Of a stretch of 64,000 nucleotides of DNA, positions 26,201 through 39,487 are shown piece by piece. The stretch is taken from assembly GCA_977016875.1 (NCBI GenBank), contig CDRNST010000217.1, positions 992,001-1,056,000 on the forward strand, in the 5' to 3' direction. Under the pieces are notes generated by a model that did not search any database, was not told the origin of the DNA, and saw only the letters and a list, made by a program, of their open reading frames with translations. The DNA comes from Pavona decussata. Taxonomy: Eukaryota. Numbering within the stretch: the first letter of the stretch is position 1; the number at the start of each line of letters is the position of its first letter. The position numbers were made by a program, and so were the translations under genes.

Positions 26201-28704
26201 GTCGCATTCTCCAGAGCGCAACGGATAGAATGATAATTATTATCAACAATAAAATGATACCAGAATTATAAGCAGCATGAAGATCAGCACAAGAACCTAT
26301 AAATAAACAGAAATATGAACATAACGTCATTCTTTGAATTTATGCTATTTTATTCATAAAATAAAGTCATTTATTTCTGGGCTCACGATTAACAACAAAT
26401 TAGAAGCATATTTACACAGGAAACAAATCCTCTCACCTGTTTGATTTTCCGGAGGCTTAGAACTACCTGCGAAATATCCGCAAAAATGCGACGCGTTAGA
26501 AGTAAGACAAAAGCTGATACAGTTTAAAGGCCTTATACCTTACAGGAGAAACTTTTTATACATGACTTTTCTACACTAACTTGTGAACAAGGAAGATTAT
26601 GAGTGGTTTTAGTTTAGCCAATTGACATACAGATCAAATGAAAATAAAATGGAAAAATAAGTTGTTATTTAAAGTAAATCCAGATACCGCTAACAAGGAT
26701 TGAAAGGTATAGACAACACTTACCTTAAACCAACACGAAACCGCGAAACATAAAATTTACTTTCCAATGTGAATAAAAAACGTTGTGATTATGAACGGCG
26801 CGTTAAATAACTACATGGCTGCATTTGAAACAACTGCACTAACTAGTTAATCAAGCATTTCTTTTCGTTTACGAGCCAGACATGAAAACTAAATCATATA
26901 TCCACTTCCCAAGAATCTCCAAGCAACTTCGACCTTCTCAATGTTGCCTTTTGTTCTTTCATTGATTTGTATGGCGCAGACTTAACAACATTCACACTCC
27001 AAGCGTTTGTCTACTTTGTCTGTTGGAATTTGCGAATCAAACATCCTACAAAATCACCGAAAACTAAGAGAACATTTACATCATTTGATTTACCTTACCT
27101 CCAAATATCACCACAACCTTGATTCTATCTTTGTTCTTTAAACTTTCCCCATATTTATTTGTAGCGGTAACCACAAATTCGTACTGCTTGCCTTTCTCCA
27201 CTCTAACAACAAATTCACGTTTGGAAATATCATTTATAACATCCACCATCGTCCACTGTTCATCGTTTCCTATTCGTTTGTAGATGGTATATCGCATGAT
27301 GACAGCTCCATTGTTATTTGGTTCATTCCATTTCAGGGTCACTTCGTCATCTCTTACATCGGCTGTGATAACTACAGGCTCTGGAGCATCTGAGTGGGTA
27401 TTGGAAAAGTGACCAAGCTATTAGTTAATAAATTGTCATCTGTGTTTCACAGTTGAAACTTTTAGTTACCACAGTAAAAACCTGCAGTAATAGTATTATA
27501 AGCCAAAGAGAGTGAGAGATTTTAGAACAGACAAAGGTAAAGAAACCTTGCAAGGAACGATACCTTTTTTTGCGCTCGCAATATTTTTTTTTTTGCCTTT
27601 ATTATTCGGACGCATCGCAATTATTCTCGCATAGTTCCCCATTATCTGAACGCCTGAACCAGGGTAGAAATAACGTACTCAAGAGACCACAGGACATAAA
27701 ATTGGACCAAGGATGACACTAAAGGATTGTGATAATGTGTAAAGCTACGTCGGCCTACTGTTATAAATACTTACCTTCAAACTTTGTCTTGATATTTTTA
27801 TGACTGGTGTTTCCTTTAAACACATAATTCCTGGCAGAAACCATCACAGTGTAGTGGGTATTTTTCTGTAGCTCTCCAATTTCGAGGCTCCTCCCTGTAG
27901 GGTCAGTAACGTTTCTTTCCTGTAGTATGCCCACTTGGTATGCTGTTATTGGACTTCCTCCATCGTTAGCTGGTGGACTCCATCTTATTGTCAATGAGGT
28001 GGCTTGAATGTCTGCAGCTGTTGATGTGATGATAGGGGAACCTGGAGTCTCTAATATAAAATAATAAAAAAAAAAAAACTTTATTGTTAGCTTTATTGTT
28101 TGAGAATTATACCCATCCCAAAGATGAGTGCCTGGGGGCAGTGGCGAATATGCTTATCCTTTTCCCAATAAACAATGGTTGCTGAGAACAATTTTTGCCG
28201 CCGATAATACTGAGCGTTAACCAAACATACACCGCAATTGAAAATATAGCAGTTGAAGTTGGTTAGAGAGTAGGGATGCGCGAAGTGCTGAGAGCACTCT
28301 CTTCCCACCAATGTGGCTGAGGTTCGTTTTCTGGAGTTAACACTAAAAGAATTTCTGCGAGAAAAAGAAAAAAACATACGCAACAAGTGGTGTCCGTAGA
28401 GCGGAACTCCACTGCATTACGTCCATAAGTGAGCTATATCTGTTAAAGTAGGTGAAACTCAACTCTTATAAAAACCAAAAAACAAAAAAAAAAATTACAA
28501 CACAAATAAACCACCAAAAAATAGAGTAGAAAACTATTACTATGTATAAGCTCTATTATATTTATTCAATAGGCGTACTTGTATGGAGCCGAGCTCTGTT
28601 GTGCAGTCCCTCACTTTCCTTATTTTAATTTTACTATGATTACATTTTCATCTGCTGCATAAGCTTCATTTTAAAAGATAGTAAGTGAGGGTAGAAGTTT
28701 TGTA

Positions 28705-28743
<39 letters not shown>

Positions 28744-31700
28744 CAATCAATCACTCAACACATATTGATTTTCACGCAAATGTCAGCCGAAGTTAAAAAA
28801 AAAAAAAAAAACTGAAGGGAAACGAAAAACTGTTCGAGTTAGCTGGGTTTCGAATTATCGAAACTGTAACGAATATGCATTCTTACGACAATGCAATACT
28901 GTGTATTTAACTTATTTTATTTAATACACTGAATTTATGTTCCCTTTTGCGTCGTCCAGTCTTTGTTCTAGTGTTGAATTCGATCACACGATAAGAAAAA
29001 CTAATGCGATATCACAATAGGCATCTGTGGCGAGTTATAAGAACCAGAAATTTGAGTTGTCGGGGTAAATTTTGATCAAGGGAAACGAAATCTAGTTCGA
29101 GTTTAAGTTATCGGGGTAAAGTTGGATCAAGGGAAACGAAATTTAGTTCGAGTTAACGGGCTTTTCGAGTTATGCGAGTTCGAGTTAACCGAGTAAAAAT
29201 GACTGAAAATTTGGGTCAAATTCAAGGGAATTGATACTCAGTTCGAGTCATCGGGGTTCTACTGTATTTGCCATTCATACTAATTAGTTGACTGTGAAGA
29301 TGAATTCGATGTTAATACTTTATTCAACTCTTTACAAAAGCTATTTATCAATGATTAATAAGTTGTTTTGTAATCTGTTTATGAAAAGTAATCTGTTTAA
29401 GAAAAGGGAGCTTTCACATAAAAGGAATTTCAAGTATTGTATTTACAGTACTAACTAATATGTGATACTTGGAATAGGAAGCATAGTTATTGGCGCTCTC
29501 CTTTACAGCTCGCGAGAATACCGTACTTAAAACAAACATATTTTCTTCTTAAATCAAAAACAACAACATAAACATCCACTAACTTATTTGATGGAGAGTC
29601 ATGCGCGCGGCGGAGGAGTAAGCAGCATGGCCGAGCCGTCCGCTAAGATTTTCCGTTTATGTAAAATTTAATGGCCGATTTCTTCCAAAACATCTTAACT
29701 AAACGAAGAAATAGATCCTCTAACTCATCTGCAGAGGAATCTCCGGACGCAAAAAAGCCTAGAGGTTCGCCGAATTCTTCAATTGATACTCAGCAAGTCA
29801 ACGAAGGTGACGACGAATTCATGGCGGCCGCAAGTATGGTAGAAGATGTACAACAAAAGCTCCAAGTGATACTCCAAAAACTTGGAAAACTCGATTCAAT
29901 CGAGAAATCGGTGAACAAAATTCAGGATACCCTCGTAAAACTGGAAGCGAGAACGCAATCACTGGAGAGCTTTCAACAATCCGCTACAGCCGACATTAGC
30001 GACTTGAAAGAAAGCCTGAGCTTCAGTCAAGAAAAGTACAAAGCGTCGCTCGACGATCTTAAAAGGCAACGCGAAAACCTCGAAGAGAAGCTAAACGAGC
30101 TTGAACGACAAAACAACCATCTCGACAACAAAATTAAAGATGTAGAGACCAAGAACCTTTACCTGGAGGCGTACTCAAGACGCGAAAATATAAAATTTGA
30201 AAATATCAGCGAAGACGACAACGACGACGAAGACACAGAGCAAAGGCTTCGCACTTTCCTTGAGACTGACCTGGGATTCCGAGACGCCCATACGGTAGAA
30301 ATACAAAGAGTTCATCGACTGGGAAGGAAAAAAACCGATGAGTCAAGACCAATTCTCGCGCGATTCCTTAGATTTAAAGACTGCGAGAAAATCCTGTCTT
30401 TAGGAAGACGACTCCGGGGGACAGCTTATAAGATGTATCAAGACCTCCCACATGAAATCGTACAAAGAAGGAAGAATCAAATGGACACATTCAGAAAGGC
30501 CAGAGAAAATAGAATCCCTGCTACCTTTAGTAAGGCACAACCAGACAAATTGTATATTCGAGGTAAGCTTTGGCCAGTAGGAAAAACACTAGATATTTAG
30601 CGGTAATTATGATCATTTCGAAAATATATATACATAAATATGTACAACTGATATAATTTCTGGAGAAATGGATATATTTCCTCCCCGTTAATACAATATA
30701 CATATATATATATATTTATTTATTTTTCTTTTTCCAATAACACAAACGCCATATTATAGATGTAATATTTGTTTTTGCGGGCGGTGACGCGCTTTTCAGC
30801 CAAAACCAAACCGCCTTATAGAACGGCGCGCATTGCAAAAGTTGAGTTTTTATTGGGCCTCGCGCTATTGATTTTGAAGTGATCGAGCTACATGGCTCCA
30901 TCATCAAAAGACCTTAGTCTAATAGCGAACGCCTTTTTGTTGGTTTACGTGTACGTTAATGTAAGTCTGTCTTTCCGGTCCTATTTACTGCATTTTGTGT
31001 ACTTCACAACCCAGGATGAATTTTATGTAGTTTGTTATGTGTATTTTCGTGTTCTGTTTACGTACGTATTTTATTTTGGCTTCTCCAAATGCATTTTTCT
31101 TGTTACGTCCAATAATAATGCTTCGTTATGCAAGGTGTTAGCGGTCACGCATATCTTCACCGCTTTGAAAATCCTACCAATAGTCTTCATCCACACCTCA
31201 TTACAATCAACACCTACGCCGAGGATTTAGTGATCTGTTCCTTAAATGTGCGAGGGCTGTCGAATACCATTAAAAGGCGTGAGACCTTTCGCTGGCTCAA
31301 GTTAAAAAACTACGCAATTTATTTTCTTCAAGAAGTTCATTGTACTAAAGAGAAAGAGATCTTGTGGACTTCAGAATGGGGTTTCTCAGCTGTTTTTAGC
31401 AGCTATTCAAGTGCTAGTGCCGGAACTTGTATACTTTTTAACAATAATTTTGAACACAAAATTCTGAAACAATTCTCTGATCCAGAGGGAAGATTTGTCA
31501 TAGTAGACATCAAAACAGAGGATAAGACTTTGACCTTAGTAAATGTTTATGCGCCAAATGACGATAACCCCACCTTCTTTAAAAGTGTGCTCAATCAGCT
31601 TCTCTCTTTCGACTGCGAAGAGATAGTCCTCGGAGGTGATTATAACTTGGTCCTGGAAGTTGAAAAAGACAAATCTGGGGGAAACCCGACCACTCATAAA

Positions 31701-34700
31701 AATTCGTTAAAAGAAGTTCGGTACATTGCTAGCCTGTTAGATTTAGTAGATATCTGGCGTGCCCTTAATCCAGATGTCAAACGATTCACCTGGAGAAGGA
31801 GGAAACCCGATGTGCACTGTCGTTTAGACTTCTTTTTGACCAGTTCCAGTTTAAGTACAACGATTACAAAAGCGGACATTCTACCTGGCTATAAAACTGA
31901 CCATTCTCTAATAACACTACATCTCGCAAATAATAAAAATCCTAGGGGACCAGGTTTCTGGAAACTGAATACCTCCTTCTTGTTAGATAGCGAGTATGTT
32001 GACTTAATCAAGGAAACAATCAATGATGTGGCGAATGATTACAAAAATGACACAGAGGTTGACGCCGTTCTCCTTTGGGACACTATGAAAATGCAAATTC
32101 GATCAAGCTCCCTTCACTATGCAAAGAAAAAGAAAACCAAAATGAAATCACAGGAGTCAAGCTTAGAAACCGATATATTATCTCTTCAAAAGAAACTGGA
32201 AGAAAACAATCTCTCGGAAACAGACAAAACTAACAATTCTAACGAATTAGATATTAAGATTCTCCAGAAAGAAGAAATATCGAAATATAAAACCCGTGGA
32301 ACAATTATAAGATCCAAGTCTCGCTGGTATAATGAAGGAGAAAAAAACACAAAATATTTTCTGAATTTGGAAAAACGACATTTTAATAAAAAAACCATTA
32401 AAAACCTTCAGCTAGATGACAATAGTACCATTAAGACGGACACTGAGATATTAAAAGAGGCAAAATCCTTCTACCAATCACTGTATTCTTCCTGCAATCC
32501 ACAAGTTAATGCAGAGCTTGAGGACATCTTTTTCCCAGAAGGAAATACCCTGTTGCTAGAGGCGCACGAACAAAAAGAATGCGAAGGTCTATTGACCGAA
32601 GCTGAATGCTTAGAAAGCCTGAAATCAATGGAAGCAAACAAAAGCCCTGGAAGTGACGGCCTCCCAGCCGAATTTTACAAGGTTTTCTGGAAAGACATAC
32701 ATCATTATCTTCTAAACGCACTAAATTGTGCATATGCAAACGGCCTTCTATCAATTACTCAAAGGAGAGGATTAATCACCCTCATACCAAAGAAGAACAA
32801 ACCTGCTCATTTCTTAAAGAACTGGAGACCAATTACACTTCTTAATTGTGATTGCAAAATAGCAGCCAAATCCATTGCTAATCGAGTACGTAAAGTCCTA
32901 CCAAAGATAATCAACAACGATCAGACCGGCTTTTTAAAAAACAGATTTATTGGAGACAACATCAGACTTCTCGATAGTATAATAAATTACACAGATACAG
33001 AACAAATCCCTGGCCTTCTATTATTTGTCGACTTCGAGAAGGCCTTCGATAGTGTAGAATGGAGCTTTATTGAGAAAACTCTAAAATACTATAACTTTGG
33101 AACATCCTTGATTGCATGGGTAAAATTATTTTACACTGATATAAGCAGTTGTATCCAAAACAACGGATGGTCCTCCGATTTCTTTACGTTAAGTCGCGGT
33201 GTGAGACAGGGCTGCCCTCTTTCCCCTTATTTGTTTATTTTATGTGCAGAAATATTGGGTAGCACAGTAAGGAAGGATAATGAAATTCGTGGAATCACGA
33301 TCCGGGGCACTGAGTGCAAACTCTCGCAATACGCAGATGATACGACAGTGATTTTAGATGGCTCACAATCCTCCTTTTCTAGAACTCTATACTTACTTGA
33401 CGCATTTGCTTTGATATCCGGCTTGAAAGTTAACTACGATAAAACGGAAGCCCTCTGGATCGGATCATTGAAAAATTCAAATGCAGTATTACTCTCTAAC
33501 AAACCTATAACATGGGCTGAGAGAAAGGTTTACGCCTTGGGAGTCTGGTTTTCGACTGTAGAGAAAAACGCTTTTTACGATAATTTTTCCGAAAAAATCG
33601 AGAGAATAAAAAACATCCTAAATAGCTGGTCTGCAAGAAGGTTGACTCTTCTAGGTAAAATTACGATCATTAAATCTCTGGCAGTATCCAGTCATGTCCA
33701 ATACTCTCAACTAGATTCCAGTGGACAAAACCTGGTTTCCGATGGAGTCCAGTCGCACAATAAAACCGGAAGTACAGTCGACTTCACTTGGGTCACCGGA
33801 AGTCTGGTCATGAGATGAAACCGGAAGTGTAAACAAAACAATTGGGAGGGTTGGAAAGTCGTCCGATGGAGTCCATCGGAACCATTGGAAATACATTGAT
33901 TCCGATGGAGTCCATCGGATCCATTGGAAATAATCGATTCTGATGGAATCTCCGGAAGTCTAGTCGTGCCATGAGCCAAAACTAGCACGCTACACATGTA
34001 ACATAACTCGTTCTTAAAGCCGTGAGTCGATACAAGCACGCTACCGTGTAACATAACTCGTTCTTAAAGCCGTGAGTCGATACAAGCACGCTACACATGT
34101 AACATAACTCGTTTTTAAAGCCGTGAGTCGATACAAGCACGCTACACATGTAACATAACTCGTTCTTAAAGCCGTGAGTCGATACATGCACGCTTTACAT
34201 GTAACGTAACTCGTTCTTAAGACCATGGGCCGATACAAGCACGCTATACACATAACATCACTCGTTCTTAAAGCCCTAAGTCGAGACGAGCAGCGGCGCT
34301 ACACATGCATGTAACATATAACTCGTTCTTAAAGCTCTGAGTCGGTATAAGCACGCTTTACATGTAACATAACTTGTGTTTTAAGCCCTAATTGGAGACT
34401 AGAACGCAACACATACGTAACATAAGTCTTTCTTAAAGTGATGAATCGAAACGAGCACGTCGGTATGACTTTACTCGTTCTCAATTCATGAAACCATACA
34501 AGCACGCTACGTGCATGAATTTAAAGCCCTGTGTCCCCCGAGCCCGAAGTTGAGACTGGCAGTTACGCTCCACATAAGCTGAGTCGAATTATCATGCTAC
34601 ACATGTCAAATAAGTCCTATTTAAAGTTCACGACTGGTTTGCCGATGATCGGTAAGGGTACAAATTCAAGGGCGGTTGTTAACACAGAGGGTTTTCGATG

Positions 34701-37700
34701 GGTGTCCCTTTTTTATTTACCAGTTTCGATTCTTTGGATACTGACATCGGTATGCAAATCGTGAATAGTCCTTTCTCCCTCGGGCGGCCATGCATGTAGA
34801 AGTCTCAAGAGAAATAAAACGCCTTGTTTTGACTGCAAAGGTTGCGGGAGCATGGGTACCGATATCGACATGCGCACGCACTCTTTGGTTGCCATCAAAG
34901 ATCAAAAAGTGCATCGATTTATTATAAAATCAGCAATTTTGTTAGTCACCATAACAACAGCGTATCAAAAAGAACGGGGTCAGGTAGCGATAGACAAGCA
35001 CTGACAGCACTAAACATGCCAGGGTATTTGGAAAATTACGCTGGTTTCTCTAGTCTACTTTTTGTCATAAATGCCATAGGAGATATTTTCAAGGTCGGCC
35101 GATTCCTTTCAAATTCCTAGCACAGATTACCTTTCGGATAAGATTAAAAAATATTCCCTTTTAAAAAGAACTGACTTATTTTCATGCGATTTTGACCACC
35201 CCCCTTGTTTCTGGCTAATTTGCATAAGAAAATAACTTCAGATTTAGGGTAACTTGCGTAAGTTATTTCACCTACGTCTTACCGCTTTTTAGCGTTCTTA
35301 CGATTTATATAAAATGTTTGACATTCAATAAAAACACATGTACAAGATGAATGATTTAGGATATATTTTATGTCTTTGGTTAATGTGCAAATGTTCGTCT
35401 GGTGTGGCTTTTGGAGGATTCGAAAATTTTAAGCTCTTTTCAAAAAACAGTGTCTAGCATCTGCGTGGATAGAATTTTAACGAAAAGCGGTGTTTGCACA
35501 GTTTAGCCATCCATGTTTAATGTTTAGCAAAAGTTAGATTGGAAACTCCAAATTCTTTCGCACAATTGGGCATTTCAGTCGGCCTAAATCGGGAAAATCA
35601 GAATACATTTTCCCGCCATTGTTTTTTACCGACTGAGCGAATAATTACAATTCCTGTTGTCGTTTTGTCACGTCATGTAATTTGAGCCAGCGTTTTCACT
35701 GAACAGCACGTAAACAAAGTAGTCGAATGCTTTTGAAAACATGAGTATTTTAGTGAGCTGTTCTTTTCATTCTCAGGACTCTCCTTGTGACCAAGTCGGT
35801 ATAGGAAATACTATTATACCATAAGCAGCGTGTACAAGAGATGTCAAACCTCTACTGAAAACCATCGGCGCTAGCGGTCGAAGTTTTGTTAGCGAAGATC
35901 TCCTCATTCCAAATCGTGCTGGCTACTTCCGCGTGACTCCTGAACAGAAGTCCATCTGCAGTACACTCGGTTAATCTGTGCAAGGCTCACTTTAGCGTTG
36001 TAACGAATACCAGAATATAATAAGTCACTAGAAACCAAAATCCTACTGAAGACGAATGACGCCATCATTCCCAACCGATACCCGTTATCCATGATCTAAA
36101 ATGTGCGTATGCTTTACGACATGAACTACGCCGCGCCGAGGACCAGCGTGTGATCAATCTACACTGGCCGCATCAAGTGATGCCACAATTTTACATATAC
36201 CCCATCTTCACGACCTCTTACGCCACTCTTCATTGCAACAGACTCTCGTTTGCCTCACTTAGCTGAAAACAAGAGACAACATACCATGCATCGTCCGAGC
36301 GGCCTCGCGGCGAGCTCATTACCACCTCTGATACTAAGAATCTATTCGTGTCTCAGTCTCTCACGAATGAAGATATTTACTTTTCCAGTAGCATCTATTC
36401 GTGTCCAATGGAGCCGATGGACTTAATCGGAACGACTTTCAACCCCCTCGTACAACACGAGTGCAAATTATTTTTAAGTCTCTTACGAATAGAAAATATG
36501 CTTTTCCGATGGAATCTATTTGTGTCCGATGGATCCCATGGACTCCATCGGAACGACTTTCAACCCCCTCGTACACATAAGTGGAGATGTGGAAATTATT
36601 CTAAGTCTCTCACGAATAGAAAATATGCTTTTCCAGTGGAATCTATTCGAATCCGATGGATCCGATGGACTCCATCGGAACGACTTTCAACCCCCCCGTA
36701 CAACATGAGTGCAAATCACGAATAGAAAATATGCTTTTCCAGTGGAATCTATTCGTGTCCGATGGATCCGATGGACTCCATCGGAACGACTTTCAACCCC
36801 CCCGTACACATAAGTGGAAATGTGGAAATTATTCTAAGTCTCTCACGAATAGAAAATATGCTTTTCCAGTGGAATCTATTCGAATCCGATGGATCCGATG
36901 GACTCCATCGGAACGACTTTCAACCCCCACGTACAACATGAGTGCAAATCACGAATAGAAAATATGCTTTTCCAGTGGAATCTATTCGTGTCCGATGGAT
37001 CCGATGGACTCCATCGGAACGACTTTCAACCCCCACGTACAACATGAATGAAATCACGAATAGAAAATATGCTTTTCCAGTGGAATCTATTCGAATCCGA
37101 TGGATCCGATAGACTCCATCGGAACGACTTTCAACCCCCACGTACAACATGAATGAAATCACGAACAGAAAATATGCTTTTCCAGTGGAATCTATTCGTG
37201 TCCGATGGATCCGATGGACTCCATCGGAACGACTTTCAACCCCCTCGTACACATAAGTGGAGATGTGGAAATTATTCTAAGTCTCTCACGAATAGAAAAT
37301 ATGCTTTTCCAGTGGAATCTATTCGAATCCGATGGATCCGATGGACTCCATCGGAACGACTTTCAACCCCCCCGTACAACATGAGTGCAAATCACGAATA
37401 GAAAATATGCTTTTCCAGTGGAATCTATTCGTGTCCGATGGATCCGATGGACTCCATCGGAACGACTTTCAACCCCCCCGTACACATAAGTGGAAATGTG
37501 GAAATTATTCTAAGTCTCTCACGAATAGAAAATATGCTTTTCCAGTGGAATCTATTCGAATCCGATGGATCCGATGGACTCCATCGGAACGACTTTCAAC
37601 CCCCACGTACAACATGAATGAAATCACGAACAGAAAATATGCTTTTCCAGTGGAATCTATTCGTGTCCGATGGATCCGATGGACTCCATCGGAACGACTT

Positions 37701-39440
37701 TCAACCCCCACGTACAACATGAATGAAATCACGAACAGAAAATATGCTTTTCCAGTGGAATCTATTCGTGTCCGATGGATCCGATGGACTCCTTCGGAAC
37801 GACTTTCAACCGCCTCGTACAACATAAGTGCAAATCACGAATAGAAAATATTCTTTTCCACTGGAATCTATTCGTGTCCAATGGATCCGATGGACTCCAT
37901 CGGAACTTCTTTCAACCCCCTCGTACAAACATGAGTGGGAATTTTTCTAAGTCTCTCACGAATAGAAAATATAGTTTTCCAGTGGAATCTATTCGTGTCC
38001 AATGGATCCGATGGACTCCATCGGAACGACTTTCAACCCCCACATACAACATGAGTGCAAATTATTATAAGTCACTAACGAACAGAGAATATACTTTTCC
38101 AGTGGAATCTATTCGTGTCCAATGGATCACCTACTCTTGGAAAGACTTTTCACCAATAGACTTCCGGTTTTCCGATGGAAAGCATGGGGATACGACTGGA
38201 ATCTATTTGACAGTATTGGACAACCCTCTCAGATGCAGGAACAAATCCATTGTCAGCTGTGCAGTTATAAACTCCAAAATCTTGATCAGAATTCATTGTC
38301 ACATCCACTGTGTTTTCTTCAGCCTGCAATGAGCTGAATTTGTTTCCTTCAGGATTGTACCAGAACATGGTTGGTGTAGGAACACCTTCTGATACGCACG
38401 TTAACGTAACTGTCTGACCAATCCAGGACTTGGACACAGAGGAGGAAACGCTCTTAATAGAAGCGGTGTCTGTTGATAAAATAGCAACGAAATTGGTTAC
38501 TATGCAGCATATAATTATACAATGCATTCATGAACAAGTTAACAAGAGATGGGTATTGGATTCAAGAAACAAAATCAAGGTAACTTCATTTTCCCAAGAA
38601 TAAACAATCAAAAACAAGAAAAAAAAAAAAGCTGTTTCAGTTCTATGTTGATGGTATATCTTGGTTTTCATAATTTTTTTTTTCGTTTGAAACGTCAGGA
38701 GTGAGGAATGGGCTCCTGAAACGATCCTGGAAACGTGCAAATGGTTTTTGTCTTCAAAGTTGGCAATATAACAACAAAAGGTTCCGTAGTCTTTTTGGCC
38801 TCTCCTTATTCTTTTTTTCTCTTCAAGATCATTCTGAAGCTTACTGGTACCAAAAGCTGAGTGATTTGACATCGTTTCAGAAAAAGTGCTCAAGTTTTCA
38901 TTTGCCACATTTTTTAAAATTACCCAATTCTAATTCTTGTTTCATGGCTTCGTCATCTTTTGCATCTTCCATTGAAGATTTATGCTCGTATATCTATTCT
39001 AACAGCGGTTTCAGTTAATTGATGTCTACTTACAGTTAACAGAAAGATTCAGTTGTTTGTCTTCACTTGCTACAGAGTTGTTCGCTTTGCAAGTGTACAT
39101 TCCTGCATCTGCCCTGCTGATTTTATTAAACGTGAGTTCAGCTGTCCTTAATCCAGAACTCTTTACTTGCCCATTATGTATCCACCTCACATCTGGTACT
39201 GGTGTTCCTGTCGCTTCACAGCTGATATTAACAGCTCTTCCTTCATTGTAACTTACACTTGGAACAGCTGGGAGGGTGATCTTGGGTCCCTCTGAAAATT
39301 TGATGGAAAAAAACCCGTTTCGTTACTAGAGTTAACTAACAATCAGCATGAAATTCGTGGCTTCACTTCAATACTTTAACATAAACTGCAGCGTTAATTC
39401 TCTGATACATCATGTGTGTCGTTAGTGCTAGCGTAGAACA

Positions 39441-39487
<47 letters not shown>

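Larger units (their letters stand above)
33696..38222. mobile_element. Non-autonomous TIR DNA element with sub-terminal repeat arrays
   Basis: TIR tgtccaatactctcaactagattccagt vs reverse complement of the right end tgtccaatactgtcaaatagattccagt (26/28); tccgatgga motifs in opposite orientation at the two ends; no TSD. Confidence 0.7.

Noticed and set aside
35880-36320. Possible decayed coding remnant inside the TIR element ([12 protein letters not shown]...)
   Set aside because: Too short and interrupted to assign without a homology search
36361-38130. CRISPR-like appearance (palindromic repeat plus variable linker)
   Set aside because: The core is about 90 bp, the linkers are three recurring types rather than unique spacers, there are no cas genes and the context is eukaryotic
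33982-38332. Many overlapping ORFs in the repeat arrays
   Set aside because: They are translations of tandem repeats in several frames with no domain signal
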